From assembly GCA_965278945.1 (NCBI GenBank), contig OZ257128.1:1608403-1672402 (forward strand): a DNA stretch of 64,000 nucleotides. The letters run 5' to 3'. Under the pieces are notes generated by a model. That model was not told where the DNA came from. It made no database searches and was given only the letters and a program-made list of their open reading frames with translations. Positions 39,682 through 48,658 of this stretch are shown here, one piece after another. The position numbers were made by a program, and so were the translations under genes. Source of the DNA: Actinomycetes bacterium (GTDB lineage: Bacteria; Actinomycetota; Actinomycetes; S36-B12). Numbering within the stretch: position 1 is the first letter of the stretch; every line of letters begins with the position of its first letter.

Positions 39682-40097
39682 GCGGAGACGGGCTTCAGTT
39701 CATACCGGGGGTTGTAGATCGTGGGGCTGTCGGCGTTGCAGGTCAGCCGGCCGGTGACGACGATCGATCGGCCCGGCTCGATGCCCGGGATCTTGCGCCG
39801 GCCCAGCCACACCACGGCCACGCTGCCGGAGCCGTCATAGAGCTCGATCTCGAGGGCGGGCACGGTGCTCTTCGGTCGCAACGTCATGCTGCGGACCATT
39901 CCACGAACGGTGACCGTTGCACCGGGGCTGCAGCAGTCGATGCGGGTCAGGTCGCGCGCAGCGGCCTGATTGTCGCGGAGCAGCTCGTCGGCCTCGGCCT
40001 GCGCCTGCGTGCGCGTCCAGCGGCGCCATCGACCGTTGTTGACGGCGGGCTCAGCTGCGGTCGTCTGCACTGCGGAGCCCTGATCGGGAATCGTCAC
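39678..40097 (-). CDS. OB-fold nucleic-acid-binding protein
   Basis: ALEIELYDGSG..VVWLGRRKIPGIEPG, IYNPRYEL; start uncertain. Confidence 0.85.
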   Translation of the reverse strand: MTIPDQGSAVQTTAAEPAVNNGRWRRWTRTQAQAEADELLRDNQAAARDLTRIDCCSPGATVTVRGMVRSMTLRPKSTVPALEIELYDGSGSVAVVWLGRRKIPGIEPGRSIVVTGRLTCNADSPTIYNPRYELKPVSA

Positions 40098-40106
40098 CTC
40101 AATAGG

Positions 40107-40727
40107 TTAACGCGTCTCGGTGATCTCAGGGCCTCGGGAGAAGGGTGAGGGCAGCCCGGGCGCGTCCGGGACCTGCTGTGCGGACTCCGGAAGGCGAAGA
40201 GGGATCGGCGCGCCCACGGGCATCGCCTCGTCGCCGCGTACGACGACCAGGTTGCGGACCATGCCCTCGAGGAGGTCTGTCGTCGGCCCCGGCTTGGCCG
40301 CGGCGCCGAGGAACACCGCGCGCAGGAACCAGCGCGGACCTTCGACGCCGACGAATCGGGCGGACTGGAGATTGTTGGTGCCGTCGGCCTTGACCTGAGC
40401 GCGCAACTCGGTGCCGAAGGACCCCTGGGTCTCCTCGACGAGTCCGCCGCCGGTGTTGATCGAGGCCTTGATCTGCGGACGGACCGTGTCCCATAGGCCG
40501 CCGCTGCGCGGCGCGGCGTACGGCTGCACCTGCACGCCTCCGTCAGGACAGGCGAAGGTCAGCTGGATGACGTTGCCGCTCGTCTCGTCGACCTGCACCT
40601 GGACGTCGACGCCCGCAGTCGATTGCACCTGCAATGCCCCTAGGTCCAATCGCTCGACCTCGATCGAGAAGTCCACCTCGGACACGTCCCACGGACCATG
40701 GGATCGGTTTTCCGGCACGCCTGTCAC
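40107..40727 (-). CDS. DUF3710 family protein
   Basis: GPWDVSE, LDLGAL, YAAPRSGGLW, RFVGVEGPRWFLR. Confidence 0.9.
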   Translation of the reverse strand: MTGVPENRSHGPWDVSEVDFSIEVERLDLGALQVQSTAGVDVQVQVDETSGNVIQLTFACPDGGVQVQPYAAPRSGGLWDTVRPQIKASINTGGGLVEETQGSFGTELRAQVKADGTNNLQSARFVGVEGPRWFLRAVFLGAAAKPGPTTDLLEGMVRNLVVVRGDEAMPVGAPIPLRLPESAQQVPDAPGLPSPFSRGPEITETR

Positions 40728-40750
40728 CTCTTCTGGACGCCCGAGCGGCG

Positions 40751-41224
40751 TTATCCAACCGTTACCGTACCCGCGTGGCCGCCCGTCGACCCAAAACCGC
40801 CGGAACCTCGATGCGATCCGGGTAGCGCGGTGACCTCGACGAGGTTCGCGCGGGTGACCTGCTGGACCACCAATTGGGCGATCCGATCACCCCGCGTGAT
40901 GCGGAATGCCGAGTCGGGGTCGTGGTTGATGAGGATCACGCTGATCTCGCCGCGGTACCCCGCGTCGACGGTCCCGGGGCCGTTCACCACGCCCACGCCG
41001 TGCTTCAGCGCCAGACCGCTGCGCGGGTGCACGAAGGCGGCGTAGCCGTCGGGCAGGGCGATCGCGATGCCCGTGGGCACCAGCGCGCGGGCGCCCGGCT
41101 CGAGCACGTGGTCGCCGCTGCTGAACAGGTCCAGGCCGGCATCACCGGGATGCCCGTACGACGGGAGCGGCAGGTCGGGGTCGAGCCTGGTGATGAGAAC
41201 GTCGCATTCGTCTCGCGCGCTCAT
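40751..41224 (-). CDS. dut: dUTP diphosphatase
   Basis: [34 protein letters not shown]. Confidence 0.97.
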   Translation of the reverse strand: MSARDECDVLITRLDPDLPLPSYGHPGDAGLDLFSSGDHVLEPGARALVPTGIAIALPDGYAAFVHPRSGLALKHGVGVVNGPGTVDAGYRGEISVILINHDPDSAFRITRGDRIAQLVVQQVTRANLVEVTALPGSHRGSGGFGSTGGHAGTVTVG

Positions 41225-41874
41225 GGGTTGACCTCGACGGCCCGCTGGTCCGCGTCGCCCTCGGGGCGCCACGCGGGGCCGCCCTTGGCGCGATCGTCGA
41301 TCGCCAGTTGCACGTGCTCGGCAGTCCCGTGCGTGACGAAGTGCTCGAGCGGGACCTGGACGAACAGCGCCGCCGCCGAGATGGCGATCGGCCCGTCCTT
41401 ATCGTTGAGCCGCCCGATCGCGCGCGTGAACACCTTGCGGCCCTTGACGCCGACGATCTCCGCGTTGATGTGCAGGCGCGAGCCGACCGGCACCGGACGC
41501 CGGAAGTCGCACTCGAGCCGCCCGGTCACCGCGGGTCCCGCGAGCAGCCAGTTCAGGGAGCCGAGGATCTCGTCGACCGCGGACGTCAGCAGTCCGCCGT
41601 GCGCGAGTCCCGGCGCACCCTGATGATGCTCGGTAACCAGGAAGTCGCCGACAACGGTCAGGCCCTCGCCGGCCGTGATGCTCATGTGGAGGCCGGTGGG
41701 GTGCTCACTGCCGCAGCCGAAGCACCAGCGGTAGTGAGACGGAATCTGCTCGCCAGGGGCGGGGGCATGGGCGGCCCGCAGCGGCATGACGGCGTCGGGA
41801 GGCGGAGCGGTCGGCAGCGGTCCACGCGGTCGGTTGGACCCGGCGGATGAGACTCGCTGGTCAGACTGGCTCAC
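41221..41874 (-). CDS. PaaI-family thioesterase
   Basis: [21 protein letters not shown]...AVDE. Confidence 0.88.
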   Translation of the reverse strand: MSQSDQRVSSAGSNRPRGPLPTAPPPDAVMPLRAAHAPAPGEQIPSHYRWCFGCGSEHPTGLHMSITAGEGLTVVGDFLVTEHHQGAPGLAHGGLLTSAVDEILGSLNWLLAGPAVTGRLECDFRRPVPVGSRLHINAEIVGVKGRKVFTRAIGRLNDKDGPIAISAAALFVQVPLEHFVTHGTAEHVQLAIDDRAKGGPAWRPEGDADQRAVEVNP

Positions 41875-41930
41875 GACGCGACCCTACCGGCCCGCGAGCA
41901 CCGCGGTCGGGCTCGTGACAGGCTGAGCCA

Positions 41931-42389
41931 GTGACGGGCACCGACTACCGAGAGCGACTGCTCCCCCACTGGTGGGTCTGGATCGTGGCCCTCCTCCCGG
42001 TGGCGATGCTGGCGATCGCCTACGGCTCCGCCCTTGGCCCGTTTGCCGGGTTCCTCGTCGGCGGCCTCGGCACGGCGATGGCCGTGTGGCTGCTGTGGAT
42101 CTCCGCGCCGGTCACCACGGTGACGTCGGAAGGGCTCGCGGTTGCGTCGGCCCGACTCCCGCTTGAGTCGATCGGCGACGTGTCGGTCGTTGACCGTGCC
42201 GGCATCGTCAGCCTCCGCGGACCCGGCGGCGATGCGCGACTGTTCATCGAGCTTCGTCCGTGGTCGGCGAGCAGTGCGGTGCTCATCAACCTCGACGATG
42301 CCGACGACCCGCATCCGGCCTGGCTGATCAGCACGCGGCATCCGGACCGTCTGCAGGAGACCTTGAACGCGAGGATCGGATCCGCGTGA
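41931..42389 (+). CDS. DUF3093 family protein
   Basis: YRERLLPHWW, two TMs, RPW, DDPHPAWLISTRHP. Confidence 0.88.
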   Translation: MTGTDYRERLLPHWWVWIVALLPVAMLAIAYGSALGPFAGFLVGGLGTAMAVWLLWISAPVTTVTSEGLAVASARLPLESIGDVSVVDRAGIVSLRGPGGDARLFIELRPWSASSAVLINLDDADDPHPAWLISTRHPDRLQETLNARIGSA

Positions 42390-42446
42390 TCTGGCAGGAC
42401 CGATACGCTCGACCGGCACACACCGACAGCGCACACCGGAGGACCA

Positions 42447-42746
42447 ATGTCAGACAGTGACGACGTGACCGGCACCGCTGATGTCGACGTCCAGGTAGAT
42501 GTCAATCCGCTCGCCCACATCATCGCGCCCATTGTCGCGATCGGCGCCACGATGCTCGTGCGCAAGTGGATGAACTCCGGCTACAAGCGCGTCGCGAAGG
42601 GTCCCGTGCCGACCGCCGGGGATCCCCGGGTCAGTCTTGGCCGTGCGCTCATGTGGTCGGCCATCACGGCCGCGACCGCCGCCGTCGTCGAGGTGGCCGT
42701 GTTCCGCGTCGCCAATCACCTCGGCGAGCGCAAGCCGTCCGCGTAG
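42447..42746 (+). CDS. DUF4235 family protein
   Basis: ATMLVRK...GYKRV.K..P...D....ALMWSAITA. Confidence 0.7.
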   Translation: MSDSDDVTGTADVDVQVDVNPLAHIIAPIVAIGATMLVRKWMNSGYKRVAKGPVPTAGDPRVSLGRALMWSAITAATAAVVEVAVFRVANHLGERKPSA

Positions 42747-42779
42747 TAGCTGTTCCCTACGCGGCGCGCGGCGCTGCGA

Positions 42780-43076
42780 TCAGCTGCATTCCTTGCAGAC
42801 CGGCCCGGTCTTCGACTCGTGATCGAGCTGGCTGCGGTGCTGCACCAGGAAGCACGAGCTGCAGGTGAACTCGTCCGACTGGCGGGGCAGCACGCGAACG
42901 GTAAGGCTCTCATCGGACAGGTCCGCGCCCGGCAGTTCGAGACTCTCGGCGAGCTCGGCCTCGTCAACATCGACCGCTGACGACGCCTTGTCGGCGCGTC
43001 GGGCCTTCAGCTCCTCGAGGCTGTCCTCTGCGAGCTCCTCGTCGGTCTTCCGAGGTGCGTCGTAGTCGGTTGCCAT
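42780..43076 (-). CDS. DUF4193 family protein
   Basis: MATDYDAPRKTDE...ELPGADLS...VLPRQSDEFTCSSCFLVQHRSQL...CKEC. Confidence 0.93.
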   Translation of the reverse strand: MATDYDAPRKTDEELAEDSLEELKARRADKASSAVDVDEAELAESLELPGADLSDESLTVRVLPRQSDEFTCSSCFLVQHRSQLDHESKTGPVCKECS

Positions 43077-43155
43077 GTGGCGTGCCCTTCGTTTTCTGGC
43101 CGGATCCACCCGGCTGGGCGGATCCTTGGAACTCCTTGGATCCGTACGCCCTGAA

Positions 43156-43181
43156 AACGCAACACCAGGCCGAAACATTCC
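43156..43181 (-). promoter_or_regulatory. SigR/SigH-type promoter GGAAT-N18-GTT
   Basis: Minus strand GGAAT (43177-43181), 18-nt spacer, GTT (43156-43158), upstream of DUF4193. Confidence 0.65.
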
Positions 43182-43276
43182 CCGGCACTAGCAAGACCCA
43201 AGGCGGAGATTGTGCACCATCGGGCTGACGGGCGCATGGCAGGGTAGGTGTCTTGTCGTTCACGAAAGGAACACGG

Positions 43277-43795
43277 ATGCCGCTTTACGCCCTCGGAGAC
43301 CGTCGGCCGACCATCGATCCCACCGCCTTCATCCATCCCGACGCGGTCATCATCGGCGATGTTCGCATCGGGCCCGAGTCGAGCGTGTGGCCGTCAGCGG
43401 TGCTGCGCGGGGACCACGGAGCGATCATCGTCGGCGCGCAGACATCGGTGCAGGACGGCACGATCATCCACTGCACCAACCATCACGACACCGTCATCGG
43501 GGATCGATGCGTGATCGGGCACAACACCCATCTCGAGGGCTGCGTCATCCACGACGACTCGCTGGTCGGATCGGGGTCGACCGTGCTCAACGGGGCGTCG
43601 GTCGGACCCCACGCCCTTGTCGGCGCAGGTGCGGTCGTCGGCCCCAACAAGGTCGTGCCGGCCAATGCCCGGGCCCTCGGCGTACCGGCCGTGATCACCG
43701 AGAACGTCGTTGCCGAGGGCTCGTTCTCGGGCGCGGTCGCGATGTACGTGCACAACGTGCACTGGTACTCCGCGGAGCTCAAGCGCCTCGACTGA
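43277..43795 (+). CDS. Gamma carbonic anhydrase family protein
   Basis: AFIHPDAVIIGDV.IG, VLRGD, QDGTIIH, IGHN..L.GC hexapeptide repeats. Confidence 0.9.
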   Translation: MPLYALGDRRPTIDPTAFIHPDAVIIGDVRIGPESSVWPSAVLRGDHGAIIVGAQTSVQDGTIIHCTNHHDTVIGDRCVIGHNTHLEGCVIHDDSLVGSGSTVLNGASVGPHALVGAGAVVGPNKVVPANARALGVPAVITENVVAEGSFSGAVAMYVHNVHWYSAELKRLD

Positions 43796-44630
43796 CGCCG
43801 AGGTCGTCCGCGGCCAGCGCGACGAGTGCCGCGCGTAACTCGTCGGCGATTCCGGGAGCGGCCGCGAAGACGAACGAGCTGAAGTCGTCGTCGCGCAGGC
43901 CCGTGACGATCGCGCCGGACTCCTGCGCGATCAGCGCGCCCGCGGCGTAGTCCCACGCGTTGAGCCCGTCCTCGTAGTACGCATCGACGCGACCGCGGGC
44001 CAGCCAGCAGAAGTCGACGACTGCCGCGCCGAGGCGCCGCACGTCTCGGATATCGGGGATCAGGCCCGCCACCACCGCGGCCTGCGCGCGACGACGATCC
44101 GCGTCGTAGCCGAATCCGGTGGTGACGAGCGCGGCGCTCACGTCGGTGCACGTGCTGCCCGACATCCGCTCGGCGCGTGCGCCGCGCACATGCCACGCGC
44201 CGTGGCCGAGCACGCCGATGTACGCCTCGTCGAACTCCGGCGTCGCGACCACTCCGACGGTGACGGTCCCCTGCTCCTCTGCCGCGATCGACACCCCCCA
44301 CATCGGCAGCCGGAACAGGTAGTTGACCGTGCCGTCGAGCGGGTCAACGATCCACCGGACCCCGGAGGTGCCCAGACGCTCGCCGCCCTCCTCGCCGAGG
44401 AGTCCGTCCGTGGGGCGCGCACCGAGAAGCTCATGGAGGATCAGGTCCTCCGCGGTGCGGTCCATGACCGTCACCGAGTCGCTCGGTGAGCTCTTCGTGT
44501 CGACCTCGAGCAGTTCCGGCCGCTCGTCGCGAAGGAACCGTCCGGCCGTGCCTGCGGCACGCCACGCGAGCGGGAGGAGAGGGTGGAAGGCGAGCACGTC
44601 GGCAAGGTCACGGACTTCGGGATTCGGCAT
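43779..44630 (-). CDS. Inositol monophosphatase family protein
   Basis: LGEEG, WIVDPLDGTVNY, RRLGAAVVD, WDYAAG. Confidence 0.92.
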   Translation of the reverse strand: MPNPEVRDLADVLAFHPLLPLAWRAAGTAGRFLRDERPELLEVDTKSSPSDSVTVMDRTAEDLILHELLGARPTDGLLGEEGGERLGTSGVRWIVDPLDGTVNYLFRLPMWGVSIAAEEQGTVTVGVVATPEFDEAYIGVLGHGAWHVRGARAERMSGSTCTDVSAALVTTGFGYDADRRRAQAAVVAGLIPDIRDVRRLGAAVVDFCWLARGRVDAYYEDGLNAWDYAAGALIAQESGAIVTGLRDDDFSSFVFAAAPGIADELRAALVALAADDLGVSRGA

Positions 44631-44674
44631 GACCCCATCCTGCCCGGACCCCCACGAGCGATAGCGTCCGAGTC

Positions 44675-45988
44675 GTGCTGACCACGTACCGACAGGCGTT
44701 GTCCCTGCCGGGAGCGAAGAAGTTCTCGTCGAGCGCGTTCGTCGCTCGACTGCCCATCGCCATGTCCGTGCTCGGCATCGTGCTGCTCGTCAGCGAGTCA
44801 ACCGGCTCGTATGCGATCGCCGGCGCCCTCGCCGCCGTGTTCCAGGTCGGAGTCGCCGTCGGCACGCTCGTCACCAGTCGCCGGGTCGACCAGCTGGGCC
44901 AAGGCCGCCTGCTTCCGTGGATCGCCTGCGCGCACGGCCTGGCCCTCGTCGCCTTCGTTGCCACCGTCGAGGTCGGCCTCATGGTCGTCGTTCAGGGCGC
45001 CGCGGTCCTGCTCGCCGGGCTGTCGCAGCCCGCAATCGGCTCGATGGTGCGCGCCCGGTGGGCCAAGGCGGCAACGACCCCGGAGGAGCTTCGCGGGGCA
45101 TTCGCCCTCGAGAGCATCATCGACGAGCTCATCTTCTCGATCGGCCCCCTGCTCACGGCGTTCCTCGCCTTCCAGGTCGGCCTTCCCGTGCCGCTCGTCG
45201 TCGCCGCCGTCGTGACCGTCGTCGGCTCCCTGGCGTTGTCGGTGCAGCGGCGGACCGAGCCGGCGCCCTCCGGGCGTCGTCGCGGGACGAATGCGGACGG
45301 CGAGCGCCACCGCAGCGCGCTGCGCGCCCCCGGCATGGTCTACATGGCCATCGCGGCGATGGGCATCGGAGGCGTCTTCGGCTCCTACGAGGTGACCGTC
45401 GTGGCCTTCGCGGAGGAGGCTGGCCAGGCGGGCGCGTCAGGGCTGGTTCTCGGACTGTGGGCGATCGGCTCGATGCTCGGCGGGATCTACTTCGGCTCGC
45501 GCCAGTGGGCCGTCTCGCTGCCTCGCCAGGTCTTGCTGCTGACCGGGGTGCTCTCCCTCGTCCTGATCCCGGCGGTCTTCGTGCGGAGCGTCCCGATCCT
45601 CGTGGTGTCGACCTTCTTCGCCGGCATGGCGGTGGCCCCGGCCCTCATCGCCGTGTTCTCGCTCACCGAACGGCTCGTACCGCCGGCCCAGCTGACCGAG
45701 GGCCTCACCTGGGCGACCTCGGGCATGTCGATCGGCTTTTCGACCGGCACTTCCCTTGCCGGCATCGTCATCGATTTGGTCGGGACGTCGTGGGCATTCG
45801 TCATCCCGATCGCGTCGGCCGCCGCAGCCTGCCTCGTGGCCGCCATCGGCCAGCCCGTGCTGCGCCGGGCCGCTGCCGGGCGCCCGCAGCCCCTGCCGAG
45901 CGTGCCGTGGGTCGATGAGCCCGTTCCCGGCCCGCGTCCTGGTGGTGTCGTCGATGATCCGCCCGACGACATGCGCGGGACGAATTAA
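44675..45988 (+). CDS. MFS transporter
   Basis: About 12 TMs; ARLPIAM, TGSYAIAG, AFALESIIDELIFSIGP, LTEGLTW. Confidence 0.88.
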   Translation: MLTTYRQALSLPGAKKFSSSAFVARLPIAMSVLGIVLLVSESTGSYAIAGALAAVFQVGVAVGTLVTSRRVDQLGQGRLLPWIACAHGLALVAFVATVEVGLMVVVQGAAVLLAGLSQPAIGSMVRARWAKAATTPEELRGAFALESIIDELIFSIGPLLTAFLAFQVGLPVPLVVAAVVTVVGSLALSVQRRTEPAPSGRRRGTNADGERHRSALRAPGMVYMAIAAMGIGGVFGSYEVTVVAFAEEAGQAGASGLVLGLWAIGSMLGGIYFGSRQWAVSLPRQVLLLTGVLSLVLIPAVFVRSVPILVVSTFFAGMAVAPALIAVFSLTERLVPPAQLTEGLTWATSGMSIGFSTGTSLAGIVIDLVGTSWAFVIPIASAAAACLVAAIGQPVLRRAAAGRPQPLPSVPWVDEPVPGPRPGGVVDDPPDDMRGTN

Positions 45989-46835
45989 CGACGCAGCCAT
46001 TCGTGCGAAACCCGGAAGCGCTAAGTTCCTCCCAGCGCACGGGCGCGCTCGCGCGCCGACCATCAGCCAGTGGGAGATTGCCCTGCAGACCTTCAGCCCT
46101 CGGGAGATCCAGTCTCGGGTTCGCGCGGGCGCCTCAGCAGAGACGGTCGCCAACGACACTGGGTGGCCGCTCGACAAGGTGCTTCGCTACGCGGAGCCCC
46201 TGTTGGCGGAGCGCGCCTTCATTGCCGAGCAGGCGCTCGCCGTCGAGGTTCGCCGGTCCTCCGGCGGCGCAACCCTGCGTCAGGCCGCTGCCGCTGCAGT
46301 AGGCGTGCCCACCGACTCCGACGCGATCGTCTGGGATGCCTGGCGGCGCGAGGACGGCAAGTGGGTAGTCGCGGCGACGTATAGCGAGAAGAACAAGTCG
46401 CGCACGGCCGAGTGGACCTACGACCACTCCGGACGCAATATCCACCCGCTCGACGACAACGCCCGCTCCCTCATGGGGGTGCGCTCCATCGTCGACGACC
46501 GCGATGCGATCGCCGACGCCCTCGACCTCGTCTCGGACCACGAGCCAGAGCCCGAGCCCGTCGAGACCCGACCGCGCCTGGTCGCCGTGCCCGATGCCGA
46601 GGATGCGGCCTCCGACGCGGACGACGTCGATGATGCGGACGACGCGGACGAGCCCGAGGAGCCGGAGAGCATCGCGCCGGTGGTTCCTGAGCCAGAGCCT
46701 GCGCCCAAACCCAGGACCGCGAAGAAGGCTGCTCCGACCAAGGCCCCGGCCGCGAAGTCCCGCAAGGGCCGCGCCCACGTGCCCAGCTGGGACGAGATCC
46801 TGTTCGGCGCCACCCGCCCCGACGACCAGCCCTAG
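45954..46835 (+). CDS. sepH: Septation protein SepH (DUF3071), start uncertain
   Basis: SPREIQSRVRAGASAE.VA, KVLRYAEPLLAERAF, WDAWRREDGKW, acidic linker, C-terminal RAHVPSWDEILFG. Confidence 0.8.
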   Translation: MIRPTTCAGRINDAAIRAKPGSAKFLPAHGRARAPTISQWEIALQTFSPREIQSRVRAGASAETVANDTGWPLDKVLRYAEPLLAERAFIAEQALAVEVRRSSGGATLRQAAAAAVGVPTDSDAIVWDAWRREDGKWVVAATYSEKNKSRTAEWTYDHSGRNIHPLDDNARSLMGVRSIVDDRDAIADALDLVSDHEPEPEPVETRPRLVAVPDAEDAASDADDVDDADDADEPEEPESIAPVVPEPEPAPKPRTAKKAAPTKAPAAKSRKGRAHVPSWDEILFGATRPDDQP

Positions 46836-46846
46836 CACCACCCCCA

Positions 46847-46906
46847 CGCGAGTGGGCACTTGTGGCTACCAGAACGTGCCAGTTCGCGACCACAACTGCC
46901 CTCTCG
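46847..46906. repeat. REP-like palindrome copy C (inverted relative to A and D)
   Basis: 21-nt arm identical to A/D; 23-nt arm 20/23 identical to A; 16-nt unique centre. Confidence 0.9.
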
Positions 46907-46927
46907 TGTGACTGATTCGGCGTGCGA

Positions 46928-47800
46928 TCAGCCGCGGACAAGCGCCGAGTTCACGAGCGCGACCATTCGTTCCGGGTCCTTCAGATCCTGTGCGGTGAAG
47001 ACGATCACCTTCCACCCCGCGTCCTGCAGCAAGTTGCGTCGCAGCGCATCCTTGCGCCGCTGAACTTCGGGCAGGTGGACTATCCCGTCGTACTCCGCGA
47101 TAACCCGTTCGCGACGCCACACCATGTCTGGACGAGCTAGCCATTCACCGCCGACGATGAGGTCGATATTGCACTCGGGCTTCGGTACGCCCCGCTGCAC
47201 GAGGACGCACCGCGCACATGACTCTCCGGGCGACTCCGAGCCCGGGTCGAGGAGAGGCAGTGCCTGGCGCGCGGACCTCACGCCACGTCGACCGTGCGCC
47301 CAGCGAATCACTGCGTTGACTTCGGCGACCGTCGCAAGGTTTCTGCGCAGCAGGTTGTCACCTATCGCCACCAGATGTTCGATCGGCACCAGCTCGGCGC
47401 AGTCCACCCAGGTACGAGAGGGACGTGTGATCGTTCGACCCCGATCCTCGACGAGATGCTGCACTGGTAGTTCCAACCGACGACCGCGGACTCCAGTCCT
47501 GCGCTGTCGCGAGGCTCCGCGAGCGACGGCGACGCTGATTGGTCGCTTCGCAAGTTCAAGCCCGATCCGCGGAGGTAGTGGCAGTCCCCAGTGCTGTGCA
47601 GCAGAGAGGTCGCTGAGGACTGACACGTCCGCCTTTGTGATGAGGGCAGCTTGGGTAAGTGCCTCGACTGGTTCGGCCGCGTCGTCGCGGACCCGGACGC
47701 CTCGCGACGGAGCGACGTACGGAAGTCGTCTTGCCTGAGCGCGAGTGAGCCCTTCAGCCCCGGTCGCAGCGACGAGGAAGGCACGGCTCTCGGACGTCAT
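46928..47800 (-). CDS. AbiEi-like N-terminal region + DUF559 (PD-(D/E)xK, Vsr-like) endonuclease domain
   Basis: LSDLSAAQHWGL, TRPSRTWVD, SESPGES, RPDMVW..ERVIAEYDGIVH, D..RRN.LQDAGWKVIVFT..DL. Confidence 0.85.
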   Translation of the reverse strand: MTSESRAFLVAATGAEGLTRAQARRLPYVAPSRGVRVRDDAAEPVEALTQAALITKADVSVLSDLSAAQHWGLPLPPRIGLELAKRPISVAVARGASRQRRTGVRGRRLELPVQHLVEDRGRTITRPSRTWVDCAELVPIEHLVAIGDNLLRRNLATVAEVNAVIRWAHGRRGVRSARQALPLLDPGSESPGESCARCVLVQRGVPKPECNIDLIVGGEWLARPDMVWRRERVIAEYDGIVHLPEVQRRKDALRRNLLQDAGWKVIVFTAQDLKDPERMVALVNSALVRG

Positions 47801-47851
47801 GAACGAATTGCGCCCGCACCGGAGGCGGATGTGACCAGCCAGGACGTCAAA

Positions 47852-47890
47852 TGTGGATACGGGACCGGCGGGTGGTCAACGTGTGGATCA
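47852..47890. promoter_or_regulatory. Two DnaA-box-like 9-mers, 30 bp apart
   Basis: TGTGGATAC (47852-47860) and TGTGGATCA (47882-47890), each 8/9 to TGTGGATAA. Confidence 0.5.
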
Positions 47891-47902
47891 GCAATCAGTC
47901 CG

Positions 47903-47962
47903 CGAGTGGGCACTTGTGGTCGTCAAAACATCGCGTCGCGTAGCCACAAGTGCCCACTCGCG
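47903..47962. repeat. REP-like palindrome copy D
   Basis: Perfect 19-bp stem CGCGAGTGGGCACTTGTGG (47901-47919) / CCACAAGTGCCCACTCGCG (47944-47962). Confidence 0.92.
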
Positions 47963-47984
47963 TGGGGGTGGCGGGGGTGGCGGG

Positions 47985-48632
47985 TCAGCCGAAGGGCAGG
48001 GGCTGCGGGGACATGTGCGCCTGCGCCGCCCGCGCTGACGTCATCCGGGCTCGGTAGTGCTGGCGGCACAGCACCTCGTAGGCGATAGCCGACGAGGACT
48101 GGGTGTTCGTGTCGCCCACCAGGACCTGGTCGCCCTCGACCACCATCTCACCGTTGACCGTTCGCGCATTGTGGATCGCCCGCACCCCGCACCAGCACAG
48201 TGCCTCGACCTGCAGAACGTGGACGCGGTCGGCGAGCTCGACGAGCCGGGCCGATCCGGGGAACAGCCGGGTGCGGAAGTCCGTCATGATGCCGAAGGCA
48301 TAGACGTCGACGCCGAGGTCGTCGACGACCGACGCGAGCTGCTCGACCTGCTCCTCGGAGTAGAACTGGGCCTCGTCGCAGATGAGGTAGTCCACCCGCT
48401 CGCCCTGGGACAGCCGGTCGACCACGAGTGCCCGGAAGTCCAGGACCTCGTCCACCTCGACCGCGGGCACCGTCAGGCCGAGCCTGCTGGACAGCACGGA
48501 CTCCCCGGCACGGTCGAGCTGGGTGAGCACGATCCCCGCGCGGCCGCGCGAGGAATGGTTGTGATCGGTCTGCAGGGCGAGCGTCGACTTACCGCAGTCC
48601 ATCGTTCCCGCATAGAAGATGAACTCCGCCAC
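47985..48632 (-). CDS. tdk: Thymidine kinase
   Basis: GTMDCGKST, CDEAQF, FGIMTDFR, EALCWCG...LCRQH. Confidence 0.95.
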   Translation of the reverse strand: MAEFIFYAGTMDCGKSTLALQTDHNHSSRGRAGIVLTQLDRAGESVLSSRLGLTVPAVEVDEVLDFRALVVDRLSQGERVDYLICDEAQFYSEEQVEQLASVVDDLGVDVYAFGIMTDFRTRLFPGSARLVELADRVHVLQVEALCWCGVRAIHNARTVNGEMVVEGDQVLVGDTNTQSSSAIAYEVLCRQHYRARMTSARAAQAHMSPQPLPFG

Positions 48633-48658
48633 GGGGCACATCGTGCCAGACGGCTTAG

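Larger units (their letters stand above)
46838..47971 (-). mobile_element. Putative palindrome-bounded element carrying an AbiEi-like/DUF559 nuclease gene
   Basis: Perfect 32-bp terminal inverted repeats (46838-46869, 47940-47971), each part of a 60-bp REP-like unit; single lower-GC gene; no target duplication seen. Confidence 0.55.

Noticed and set aside
46560-46740. GACGCGGACGAC-type and GAGCCN repeats in sepH
   Set aside because: Encodes a low-complexity acidic/proline linker; not an independent repeat element
3857-47962. REP units read as a CRISPR array (constant repeats, unique centres)
   Set aside because: Copies are dispersed, not tandem; centres are only 16 nt inside a hairpin; no cas genes in the window
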